Positions 1 through 10,415 of a DNA stretch of 64,000 bases are shown here, in pieces. A model generated the notes under the pieces. That model saw nothing but the letters and a program-made list of their open reading frames with translations, had not been told where the DNA came from and ran no database searches. Every line of letters begins with the position of its first letter. Position 1 is the first letter of the stretch. Made by a program: the position numbers and the translations under genes. Source of the DNA: Hyaloraphidium curvatum SAG 235-1 (lineage: Eukaryota; Fungi; Monoblepharomycota); NCBI GenBank assembly GCA_025558095.1, contig JAIVFI010000041.1:1-64000 (forward strand), read 5' to 3'.

Positions 1-549
1 GCCAACCTGGCCAAGGCGCCCGGGGCGAGCGTCGAGTTCGAGGTGCGGAGCGTGAACGACCTGCAGCCCGTGGACGGCGGGTTCGACGTCGTGTTCTGCT
101 TCGACATGTGGGTTCCTCTGTTTGCGGCCGCCCGCGATGCCGGTGACCCTCCCCACGGCGCAGGATCCACGACCTCGACGACCCCCTCGGCGGGCTGCGC
201 GGCATCCGCCGCTCCCTCGCCCCCGGCGGCATCCTGGTGATGATGGAACCCAAGCGCCCCGAGCGGTTCGAGGACTCGCTGACCCCCGACTTTGCCCGTA
301 CGTCCCGCGCCCGGCCGCTTCCCCGATTTGCGACTTCACAGCCATCTGCTCGCCCTTCCAGCGCTGTACGGCATCTCCTCCCTGCACTGCGTCCCGCAGT
401 CCCTCGCCGGCGGCGGCCCCGGGCTGGGCGCCGCGTGGGGCAAGAAGCGCGCGGAGGAGCTCGTGCTCGAGGCCGGGTTCAAGGGGATGGAGGAGCGGGA
501 GGTAAACGTGCCGGGGTTCTTCCAGGCAATGTACGTCGTGAAGGCGTGA
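1..549 (+). CDS. Class I SAM-dependent methyltransferase (Rv2258c-like), 3' part; exons <1-107, 164-297, 362-549
   Basis: The spliced product reads ...FDVVFCFDMIHDLDDPLGGLRGIRRSLAPGGILVMMEP...LYGISSLHCVPQSLAGGGPGLGAAWG...LEAGF. GT..AG introns at 108-163 and 298-361 restore the frame. Confidence 0.8.
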
Positions 550-850
550 TTTAGGGGGTTTCGCGAGCACGTTTTCCTGTCCCTGGCACGCGGCGTTTCC
601 GGCTTGTGTCCCGCGGACGCGCCTCGGCGGATCGGACGCGGAGCTCGCGTCACCCGCCGCTGGCTGCGCCCTCGCGTCTGCCGACAACCCGCCCGAGAGG
701 CGCACATCCCCTCGCCTTCGCATCTTTCACGTACGTCCACGAACCTCAAGCACGACGTGGTGACGCCTTTGCTGACAAGTGCGCGAACCAGCCGGCGAAA
801 GCGTTTCGTGAAACCTCCACGCCCGCGTAGCGGCCGCCCCGGTGTCTGCC

Positions 851-1302
851 ATGCCGCGCGACCTCGAACGGCTCCGGATGCAGCTCGAGGGCAAGGCCCT
901 ATTCTGGTTCCGCGACGCCACGGGCTTCGGCTGGCATCGACACCGAGACATGACCCTGAACGTGGGTCCCAATGACGACGATGGGAAGGACCTGCGGCTC
1001 ATGGAGGACAGAAAGGAAATCACCGTCGACGGTCAGCCACGGTCCTGGAACGAGCTCGCTAGCTTGATTCCCGACCACGATATGGGGGGTTTCGACCTCC
1101 AGGGGGTGCTCATTGTCGGGTCATCTACTTCCGCGAGGCTAGCGACTACCGCGGCCACGCCAACGGAGAGCTCGGCCTGGAGCTCAGCGTGCAGGGCCGC
1201 ACCGACGTGATCGAGACCAGCTTTGCGAAGCTGATGTTCTTGATGAGTGACGTGCCGCCTCGTCCCTTGTTCGGCGTCGCGTCTCCAAGGCTCGGACATT
1301 GA
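851..1302 (+). CDS. Hypothetical protein, probably 2 exons
   Basis: Non-low-complexity ORF from ATG 851 (MPRDLERLRMQLEGKALFWF...). A second coding-like frame (DYRGHANGELGLELSVQGRTDVIETSFAKLMF...) ends at TGA 1300-1302. The junction is uncertain. Confidence 0.35.
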
Positions 1303-1642
1303 AAAGACTGTGACGATCGGACTCCGTGCGGCCGCAATCTCTGTCGGGGAGAACTCTCATGTAATCACGTCCGAATAGTCTATGCGCGCACATCAAGACC
1401 ACGCCCTTTCAGCGCGCCTTCTGCTCTTTCCGGGAAATTCGGGGCCCAGACGCAACGGGCTGGAGCGGTCTTCGGCGAAGGAGTCCGGTCAAGTCCCCCA
1501 GCGGTCGTGCCGTCCGCTTGACGCGCCAAAACGAAGGAAAATCAAGTCCCGGTGGGGTTTAAAAGCAGCCAGACGCGCAACGGGTCGCACGGGCTGTAGG
1601 CCCGAGCCGCAATCCCTTCCGGGTCCCGACGCCCTCTCCGCA

Positions 1643-2073
1643 ATGGCGAGTCCCGCCCTCCTCCGCCGCGATGCGCCCCTGATTCCTCCAACAGTCAGCC
1701 GAGAAGCCTGCTGCAGCGCCCGCCGCTGCCGCCGCGCCCGTTGCCGCCCCCGCGCAGCCGGCCGCCGCTGCCACCGCGCCCGCGCCTGCCGCGGAGGCCG
1801 AGGAGGAGGACGACGCGCTCCGGGCCGCGTTCCTCCGCTACGACACCGTGGGCCGCACCTGACCTTCTCTCTCCGCGTGCTGACGCCTCCCCCGCCTCGC
1901 GAACCTCCCCCGCTGGACAGAACGGCGACGGCCACGTCTCGGCGGACGAGTTCCGCGCGGTCATGTCGGCGATGCTCGACGCCGACGAGGTGGAGCGGCT
2001 GATCAAGGAGAAGGACCGGGACGGGGACGGGCGGATCACGTACGAGGAGTTTATCCGGGCCGGGGAGGAGTGA
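1643..2073 (+). CDS. Two-EF-hand calcium-binding protein with Ala/Pro-rich N-terminus; exons 1643-1645, 1695-1847, 1921-2073
   Basis: Spliced: M|SAEKPAAAP...EEEDDALRAAFLRYDT|NGDGHVSADEF...DRDGDGRITYEEF. Two canonical EF loops. The first intron is GC-AG. Confidence 0.8.
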
Positions 2074-2192
2074 GGGGCCGGCTGGCGCGGGGCAGGAACG
2101 GTGTCGCCGATGTCACCCCGGGACGGAAAACGAGGGTCGATATCCGCGGCCCAATATCCACCGCATATCGCGCTCTCTCGCAACGAGCCCCC

Positions 2193-2916
2193 TCAGCTCG
2201 CGAAGCAGCATCCAGCCACCTCCCCCGCCTCCCCCGCCCCTCCGATCCCGCCCCCGCACACGCCGTCTCCCGCACCGTCCACCTCCCCCGTCGCCGGCAC
2301 GCACTTGATACTCGCCCCCTTGGTGACGATGAGCGCGGCGTCGCCCCCGGCGCCGCAGTACTTCCTCGTCCCGCAGGCGCCCTGCAGGTACGCCGCGCCG
2401 GCGCAGCAGCCCGCTGCGCAGACCCCGCTGCTCGCGGCCGCGCCGGGGGGGACCGCGGGGCCGGTGGCAAAGTCGCACGGTGCGTAGGTGGCGGCTCCCT
2501 GGGGGCACGCGAGGGCGGCGGGGTACGCGGCGAGGATGCCGGGGTCGGTGCACGGGGCGGCGGAGTACCGGCGGTAGAGGGCGGCCTTGGAAGCGTAGCG
2601 GACGCAGGCGACGTGGCCGGCGGGGGCGCCGGGGTGGGCGTATTCGCTTGTTCGGGGGACCGGGTCAGCGGGGCTGCGCTCGGGGGGCACGCGGGGCGCA
2701 CCAGAAGCTGGAGGGGTCGGCGCAGTCGGCGCACGATCGGGCGAAGATGACGGAGGGGCCGGGGGGCGCGGTGGGGCTGGCGAGGGCGGGGAGGGTCGGA
2801 GGGGCTGTCAGGGACGTCGGGGATCTGGGCGAGGGAACCGACCTGGCGGACGCGAGGGCTGCGGAGAACGCGAGCAGCGCCGCCGTCGTTTTGAGCAGGT
2901 CGGAGAAGCCGGTCAT
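2193..2916 (-). CDS. Secreted Cys-rich protein with shared N-terminal module; intron 2647-2701
   Basis: Signal peptide (TAALLAFSAALASA), Pro/Ser linker, then VIFARSCADCADPSSFC|EYAHPGAPAGHVACV...LYRRY, then a Cys/Gly/Ala-rich C-terminus. Confidence 0.7.
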
Positions 2917-3403
2917 GGCTGTCTTGTTCGGTCGTTTCGTGTTCCGATCCTTTCGGTTGGGGTCGGTGTGACTCGCGAAGGGTCCGGAACGGACTTTTGG
3001 CTCGGTCCCCAAAATCCCTGACGTCAGAGGCGTGACGCGCTACCAAACGCGAACCGGGACGTCTTGCTGCAGGCGGCTATGGTCTTCCCGTTTGCAGGTC
3101 ATTCGTGGCCCCGACGACGACATCCGCGGGGTGCGTGCCGAAACCCGGGCGGACGGCGCCCCGGATGACGTGTCTCCGGCTCCTGCCCCACCGTCCGGGG
3201 GGCGGTTCGCGACGGGAGCAAGCAGGTCGCCAGGGCAGAGCAGCCGATTAGACGGATGACACGGGGCGGTGTCCATGCGGTGCGACAACGCGGTCCTTGA
3301 TCTAGACGTCCACACCCTGCTGCCCGAGCTCCCTCCCCCCTCACTCCCGTCGCCCTCCCGCTCCTTGTACAAGCGCTTTCTCCGTGCATCCCTCCACATC
3401 CAA

Positions 3404-4839
3404 TCACACCGTCCCGCCGAGGCCCCCACCGGCGGCAACGCACCGCAGCTCCCCCGTCCTCCCGTCGTAGACCACGTCCGCCCCGCTGAGCTTGCGCTCC
3501 AGCTTCGGCCTCACCTGCAGCCACCCCTCCCCCCGGGCCGCGGGGCCGAGGAAGAACGGGTGCCGCAAGGCCAGCGCCGCGGGCGGGCGGCGCAGGGGGT
3601 CCGGGTGCATCAGGCCCGCGAGGAGCTCCGCCAACGCGGGGTCGGTGCCCCCGGGCAGCCCCTCCGGGAGGGGAGGGCGGCCGGTGAGCATCAAAACGCC
3701 GAGGGCGCCGGCGGCCCAGAGGTCCGATTCGGGCGTCGCGTGCTCCGAGGGGTGGGCGAGGGGGAGCAGCTCGGGGGCGAGGAAGGACGGGGTGGCGCGC
3801 GGCCCCCCGCGTTGCGCGGCAGGTTGGCGGTGCGCCACGGTACCCGTCAGGGAGGTGGACATGGGGTCGCCCGAGAAGTCGGCGAGGCAGGCGGTGCGCA
3901 GGTCGCCCGCGGCGCGGAGGAGCACGTTCGAGGGCTTCAGCGCGCGGTGTGCGAGGCCGTGGGCGTGCAGGTGCGCGAGCGCCGAGAGGACGGAACGCAG
4001 GGCGTCGCGGAGGTCCGGGAGGGGCAGGGGGCCTTGCGCGTTGAGGTACGTTTGGAGGTCCTGCGGGGGGGCGCGGCCGCGTTAGGCTGCGCGCGCAGGG
4101 AGCCGGCGGGACCACCTACAGCCGCGGCCAGCTCCTCGACGAGGTACACGGCGTCCTCGGTCTCGAACACCTCGTGCACCTCGACCAGGTTCGGGTGCCT
4201 GAGCGCGTCCGCGGCCTCGAACCGCCGGCGGACGTCCGCGGGGTCCCGCCCGCACTCCTGCGCGTCGAACGACGACGCCCGCCTGAAGCCCGGGTCGGCA
4301 CGCGCGTCTTCGGTGCTGCCCCACTGCGCCGACTGCGCCCTCCGGGGCGGGTACTCCCCCGGGATGCGCAGCGGCTTCGCGGCCACTTTCAGGGCCACCG
4401 ATCTGTAGGTCTCGAGGCACACGGCCGACTGCACGGCGGCGCCGGCGCCGAGGCCGACGATGCGCAGCGGGCGGTACGCGGCGCGGCGCAGGCGGCCGTG
4501 CGCAAAGGGGTCCGGGGCCAGGGCGGGGAGCGAGGGCGGCGAGGAGGCCGGGACGGGGCGGAGGGCGGCGAGGGCGTCGGGGGTGAGCGGGCGGAGGGGG
4601 CCCGAGATTGCGCGGGGCGGCCGCGGCAGGCTGCCCACGCGGGCGGGCGCGGCGGGCGGCGGCACCCACGCGGGCGCGGCGGGCTGCACCGGCAGCGAGG
4701 CCAGCGGCGCCGGCACGGTGGCGCACTGCGTGGCGGGGAGCGGGTACGGGTGCGGCCGGGCGAGCAGCGCGCGGCGGTCGCGCGCCGGCACGCCCGCGGC
4801 GCGCGCGTCGCCCGGCGAGGAGCGCGGCGGCGCGCACAT
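3404..4839 (-). CDS. Protein kinase-fold protein, probable pseudokinase; intron 4061-4119
   Basis: GLGAGAAV, VALK, LRHPNLVEVHEVFETEDAVYLVEEL, HRALKPSN, ADFS, TPSFLAPE and DLWAAG occur in kinase subdomain order. Confidence 0.8.
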
Positions 4840-6045
4840 CGTCCTTCTTCTTCTTCGGAGGCGGTTCTCGTGTTGGTTGTGTTCGCTGACGGCCGGTGAC
4901 TTATCGGGAGACGGACAAGGTCCCTACCAGCCACATCCCAGGTGCCCGCTCTTCGAGATTCGAGGGTCGCCGCCGCTGACGCACCAACCCAAATTCCCCC
5001 GCCCCGGCACACGCACGCCCCTGCCCCTCCCCTCCCCGGCCATTCACCCCCCATATCTTCCTTCCATGTTCCCAGCTTCCCAGCCCCGCGCCGTGCTCCA
5101 TGTTGCCGCACGGGACGGCCGAACCCCCCTTGCCGCCCGCGATTGCTCACCGCTCCAGCCGCCGGAGTCGGTCCGTCCCCGCCTCCCGCGCGGCGGGGAC
5201 CCGCGTTGGAGCGGGGGCAAGCTTCGGGTTCGGGTCAGGAGGACCGACGTGGTGGGGGGCGAAACACGGGGCGGCGGTCCCGACCGGCAAGAGGAGCGGG
5301 GGAAGCGCAACTTGGCCGGTCCGAAGGGGACCGCCACCGGGTGTGGCCGCACGGGCTGGTGCCACGGGAAGCTAAAGCTTTGGCTTCTCCGGGTCCTTGG
5401 CACGGCAGGGGACGTGCGACGCGTTGCGATCGCTGTTGATTCCGGCCCTCCGATGCCCGCGGGTCCGACGTGCGGGAACACGACCCTATTGTAGTTCGTA
5501 GAGCGAACTGCCTTCCTCCTACTCGACACTCGCCCCCCCTCGTCCCGGCATCCACCGCCACAAACATCGCCCGTACCCCCATTAGCTGCGGGACCCACGA
5601 GCTCATGGACGAGTCGATGTGTCGTTGGCATTGCTCCGTGACGGTTGGAGGGCTCTGCTCTCGCGCTTGTTCGTCCAGGGCCTTTGCCCCCCGGCCTTGC
5701 CCCTCACCGCCAAGAGGGGAAACAGATGGTGGAGCACGTTCTCGCTGCCTTTTCGCCGATGCCTTCCTGGCGCTGCGCCGGGCGCCTCCGTGCCCAGGGG
5801 ACCCGCCCTCCGCCGCGACCAGGTCCGCCGCACCGCACCCCGACAATTGAAGGAGCGATGCCGATCCGATCGTGATCGGCAGAAATGCTTCGTAATCTGC
5901 GGAATTGCTACGCCCCGGCTCCGTTCGGACCGCGACCGGGGTGAGGCAGCAGGGGCACCTGTAAACAGCGACGCCACCCCAGGACCCCCTTTCCTTCGAA
6001 CCCCATCCCGGCCGACGAATCGCGCGTCAGCTGCCACGAACCGCC

Positions 6046-7200
6046 ATGCCCGCCCGCCCGCCTATCCCCCCCTCCCGTTTGGCGCGCCCCGCCGGCGCAC
6101 GCGGCCTCTCGAACCCCTCCGCGACCCCCGTGCACCTCCTCCCCATCTCCTCCCGCATTTCCTGGCTGCTGGACCTCGCCCGCTCCCACTCGGCCGAATT
6201 CTGCTCCCCCGACGCGCAGCTGGCCTTGCGCCGCCACCTGGCCCTTCACCCCACCAGGATCGTGGTCCTGGGCTGCATGGACGGCCGGATCAACCTCCCC
6301 GTCGCGACCCGCTCCCCCACCGGCGCCATGCTGGGCTTCCGCAACATCGGCGGGAAATTCGACCTCGGCTGGCCCGGCATGGGGGCCACCCTGAGCGAGG
6401 AGGTCGGGAAGGCTGCGGACGGGGGGAGCAGGGTGCTCGCGCTCGTGACATACCACTACTCCAGGGGCAGCCACGCGAGGGGGTGCGCGGGCTGGGGGAA
6501 CGACACCGAGGCCGCAAAGCGGCACACGGGGCGGATCGGGGGGCAGATCGGGGAGATGTTCGGGCTGCGCCGCGACGCCGTCTTTCCCCTCCTCTGCGGG
6601 TTCGAGACGGACGAGGACGCGCTGGTGCTCCACGGCAGCAACGGCGACGTCATGGACGTCTCCACATTGGAAGAGGGCGACAGGCCGGGGATCAGGGGGA
6701 GGCTGGACGCGCTGTTCCCGGACATGCACCCCTCCGTGAGGAACGACCTGGTCCCGCTCATCCTGGGCAACATGGACCACATCGCGGAGCTCCGGACAAC
6801 CTCACGCGCACTGGACATCGTCCACCACGAATGGATCCTGGCCGTCGGCAGGGGCTTCGACTTCCTGCATGTGCCGAACCAGGCCCTCATCGTGGGCACC
6901 TACTCCCCCGACCTCGCGACGCCCATCGCCACCGCCGCGAAAATCGTGCACGGTAACATGGCCTCGGGGAGGGTGAACCCCGACGGCATGCTCCTGCTGG
7001 CCGCGGCGCCGTACACGGGCACGGGGGTCGATCGGGCGAGGGCGAGGATGAAGGCCGCGTTTTTGAGGAGGTACGCCGAAGCGGTCGTGGGGGAGAGGGT
7101 GCCGGAGCTGCAGGGGGTGCGTGCGATGGCGGTGGCGGTGGACATGGGGACGAGGGGTGTGGAGGTGGTCGAGGAGGAGGGGGGGGAGCTGGTCGTCTGA
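6046..7200 (+). CDS. CsoSCA-like (carboxysome-type) beta-carbonic anhydrase, intronless
   Basis: C77-M-D79-G-R81 and YH137YSRGSHARGC147AG match the beta-CA Zn ligand and Asp-Arg dyad pattern, with the long H..C spacing typical of CsoSCA. A GFETDEDAL segment follows. Confidence 0.7.
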   Translation: MPARPPIPPSRLARPAGARGLSNPSATPVHLLPISSRISWLLDLARSHSAEFCSPDAQLALRRHLALHPTRIVVLGCMDGRINLPVATRSPTGAMLGFRNIGGKFDLGWPGMGATLSEEVGKAADGGSRVLALVTYHYSRGSHARGCAGWGNDTEAAKRHTGRIGGQIGEMFGLRRDAVFPLLCGFETDEDALVLHGSNGDVMDVSTLEEGDRPGIRGRLDALFPDMHPSVRNDLVPLILGNMDHIAELRTTSRALDIVHHEWILAVGRGFDFLHVPNQALIVGTYSPDLATPIATAAKIVHGNMASGRVNPDGMLLLAAAPYTGTGVDRARARMKAAFLRRYAEAVVGERVPELQGVRAMAVAVDMGTRGVEVVEEEGGELVV

Positions 7201-7536
7201 GGCCGCGATAGGGGGGGGGGGAAGGGGGCACGCGTTGAACTTTCATGGTTCTCGACCAGTCGTTCGAGCTTGCTTGCGCCGCGCACGACCGCCCAACCGC
7301 ACCGCCGCGGACGGATTTCTTTCTCGGCCGTGGCCAGCATTCTGCCCTCTGAGCCCACGAACCTTCAGGCCCGCCCACTTGCTTCGGCCCGTCTATCCCG
7401 CCTTCCGCGACTGCGCGGCACAGTCCACCGCGGATAAGCCCGTGAGGCCGGGAAAGGAGCGACTGCGCCTGCGCGGGGGATCGGGTAAGGGATCCGCGTG
7501 GCGCTGCTCCAAAACCCCGAACCTCTCGAGCCAGCG

Positions 7537-8636
7537 ATGTGCCGCGCGGCCGTCCTCTCGCTGCTCCTCGTCTGCGGCGCTGCCTCGGCCTATGGGGTGT
7601 GCCCCGCCAACGCGCCCGCCGGCCGCCCGCTGTGCGCCTCCGCGGGGTTGGGCCCGCTGCCCGACTTGGGCTCGCGCGACGGCCGCACCGCGCTGCTCTT
7701 CACCGACGGCCGCCCGCGCATCCTGAAGGCAGGCAAGCCGGACCCGCTGTGGGCCGCGGCGTGGACCGTCCCGACGACGTGGCCGTGCTGGACAAACTAC
7801 GACGCCCGCCTGACCCCGCGCGGCATCGCGCTCTCGTGCCGCGGCGTGGCCTACGCGAACATCTCCGTCGTGCACCCGAGCGGGCTGCCCGTGGCGCGGG
7901 TCTCGCTGTCCGATGCGGGGAGGGCGGTCTTCTCGTCGGCCAACGGGACCGCGCTGGCGACGCTGCCGCCGTCGGGTGCGGGCAGGCTGGTGTACGCGAA
8001 GCTGAGGCAGCCGGTGCCGGCGCCGGCGGGCAAGGTGGTCAACTCGAACCCGACGTGGATGACGATGCCCGACTCGTGGTGCAACGAAGGTGGGCAAGGT
8101 CTTGTCTGACTCCTTGTTTTTGGGCTGACGACCGCTTCCTCCCTCGCCCAAGTCGTCTGGGTCCGCGTCAAGGACGGCGCCGTACAATGCGAACAAAACA
8201 GCCCGCCGAACGCGGCGCAGAACAAGGACCCCGTGCAGAACTGTTGGTCCCCTTTCCCCCTTGCCCCGCCCCCTACACCTCTGACCCCTCTCCATTCCCC
8301 CCCGCAGGCGTCTACCGATACAAGTGCGTCCTGAACCGCACCACACCCGCCTCGTGCGACTACGGCAACGGCTACCTCGGCCGGGAGGGCTACCGGCCCC
8401 CTTCGATGCCCGTGCAGTGGTACACGCTGATCCCCCGCGGGCAGCCGATCCGGTACGACAAGGCGATGGAGGAGTTCTACCCCGTCAAGGAGCTCGCGTG
8501 GCTCGCGACGCAGGGGTGGGTCAGGGGGATGCAGACGAGGGAGCGGCTGCTGCGGGACGGCGGGGCGGATTGCCACTGGAGCGAGACGAGGAGGGCGAGG
8601 GCGGACGCGGGGAACGCGACGGGTCGTGTGCGGTGA
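7537..8636 (+). CDS. Secreted hypothetical protein, about 3 exons
   Basis: Signal peptide MCRAAVLSLLLVCGAASAYG. Coding frames are joined by short introns at about 8090-8151 and 8243-8307. Several N-glycosylation sequons and Cys residues. Confidence 0.55.
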
Positions 8637-8749
8637 CCCACCCTGCGGGTCCCTCAAACGGCGAGTCAGACGGCACTCCACTCTCCATCACAATTGCGGG
8701 AAAACCCATTACATTGCAAGTCAATGCGGATGCCCGATCATCATCGCCT

Positions 8750-9622
8750 CTACGCGCCCTCCCCTGCCCCCGCCTCGGCCCCCGCCTCCTCGAGCCGCGC
8801 AAGCTCGTCCGCGTGGGCTCGGTACTTTTCGCACTTGCGCCGCAATTGAGCGGGAGTGTGCTGCTCCGGGTTGAGCTTCCGGTCCCGCGCCATGGCCTGT
8901 CGGCGGGGCCACGCAAAGATCAGCGGTGCCGGCAAGGTCCCGGAGCAAACGAAGCGCACCTCGTAGTTGTCCCCGTGTTTCTCGATCAGCTCCTTGACCC
9001 CCGCAAACTCCCGCGCGCTCATGTGCCGCCGGTGCTTCCTCGCATTGGCCGCCATCTCCTCCAGGCCCCTGACGAGCTCCGCCGCCCGCGCCGCTTCCTC
9101 CACGGCGGGCCGTTGCCGTTTTCCGGCCCGTTTGGGCACGTGTCCGAGGGGCTGGCCGATGGCGAGCCCCGATTTAGCGGCAAAGTCCGCGGGGAGCGGG
9201 AGGTCGTCCTCTGGGTCCGCTGCGGCCTGCTGCGGGCCCAGCTCCGGCCCCTCCCCCCCCTCCCCTTCCCCATCGTCGCCCGTGTCCTGCACCTCATCCG
9301 CAGGCCGGTTCAACCACGCCTCGATCGCCCCCTCCTCGTCCTTGGGCACCTTGACCCCCACGCCGACGGTCTCCCCCTCGGGCACCGCGACCCTCTCCAC
9401 CCTCCACCCGCCCCGCTTCACCCCGCCTTTGCGCCCGTCCAGCGCGGCCACCAGCCCCATCGCGGCGTAGTTCTCCCACACGGTCCGCTTGGCGTCCCAC
9501 GCGCCGCGGAGGGGGGCCGGGACGGCGTCGGTCGGCGGGCGCTTGGCGAGGAGGGGCTTCGGCCGCCGGCGGACGGTCTTGTTGGGGTTCTTGGTGCGGC
9601 GGCGTTGGCGCGGGGTCGTCAT
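8750..9622 (-). CDS. NOP16: Ribosome biogenesis protein Nop16; intron 8897-8959
   Basis: MTTPRQRRR..., WDAKRTVWENYAAMGL, and LIEKHGDNYE|AMARDRKLNPEQHTPAQLRRK are Nop16 signature segments. Confidence 0.88.
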   Translation of the reverse strand: MTTPRQRRRTKNPNKTVRRRPKPLLAKRPPTDAVPAPLRGAWDAKRTVWENYAAMGLVAALDGRKGGVKRGGWRVERVAVPEGETVGVGVKVPKDEEGAIEAWLNRPADEVQDTGDDGEGEGGEGPELGPQQAAADPEDDLPLPADFAAKSGLAIGQPLGHVPKRAGKRQRPAVEEAARAAELVRGLEEMAANARKHRRHMSAREFAGVKELIEKHGDNYEVRFVCSGTLPAPLIFAWPRRQAMARDRKLNPEQHTPAQLRRKCEKYRAHADELARLEEAGAEAGAGEGA

Positions 9623-10162
9623 CGCGGGACCGGGGGGCGCAAAAGGGGAGGTGTTGCGGGGCCGTTTGTTGTGTTGTTGTCGCCCCACCTACCTACCCGC
9701 TGCAGAGGGAGATGCAAGAGCCAATAGATCGAACACCTGGTCACAAGAGCTTCCTCGCGAGTGCCATAACCTCTGTCTGCCTTCGATCCCTGGCATCAGA
9801 GCCTCCCAGGCTCAGCCTTGCCCCCGCCTCCGGGCCGGCGGGCCCAGGTCCAGGCCCGTCGAGGATCGCCCACCCCGCCTGCATCATCCCCTCCGCCGCC
9901 CCCCTCTCTAGCACCGCCGACGCCGTCTCCTACCTGCTCTCCTCCCCGGGCTGGCGGTAATGCCACTCGGTCGGCAAGAACCTGAAGGGCGCGGAGGATG
10001 CGGAAGCCGCCGAGGGCGAGGAGCTGCACGGGCGCCCGTTCTCGGGGCAGGATACCACCGCGGGAGCAGGGCAATGCAGTTAGAGCACGCGGCCATCAGC
10101 GCATGCGGTCCTCGGGCATCCATTCCTCGATCACTCGGGCCGGGGAGTGGTGCCACGCTGGC

Positions 10163-10360
10163 ACAAGGACGCCGACGCAATCCCCGCCGCGCTCCGCCTC
10201 GGTCAGAAACGTCCACGCACCGCACCCGGGCGGACCGGCGCCGGGCATCATGCGGGGCAGCGCTGCCCGGCGATCGGGCGTCACCCTCGGGCTGCCGGAA
10301 AATCGGCGCGGGACGGCCGTCCCCCCGAAAAAAAAGCCGTCCGCCATAAAACAGTCATAG
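10163..10360. repeat. Dispersed non-coding repeat, copy 1 (of 15986-16223)
   Basis: Colinear shared blocks: GGACGCyGACGCAATsCCCGCC, CCCGGGCGGAyCGGCGCCGG, GCGATCG, TGCCGGAAAATCGGCGCGGkACGGCsGTCCCCC..AAAAA, AGTCATAG. Confidence 0.75.
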
Positions 10361-10415
10361 GGATCCCCAAAACACCATCGCAGTCATCGCAATCCGAACG
10401 CAACACAACCCCCCC

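Noticed and set aside
7660-7970. Bulb-type lectin domain in the secreted protein
   Set aside because: Only a vague resemblance. The QxDxNxVxY motifs are absent.
9712-10083. Possible gene relic (…SYLLSSPGWR*CHSVGKNLKGAEDAEAAEGEELHGRPF…)
   Set aside because: Short, interrupted and without a recognisable family. There is not enough support.
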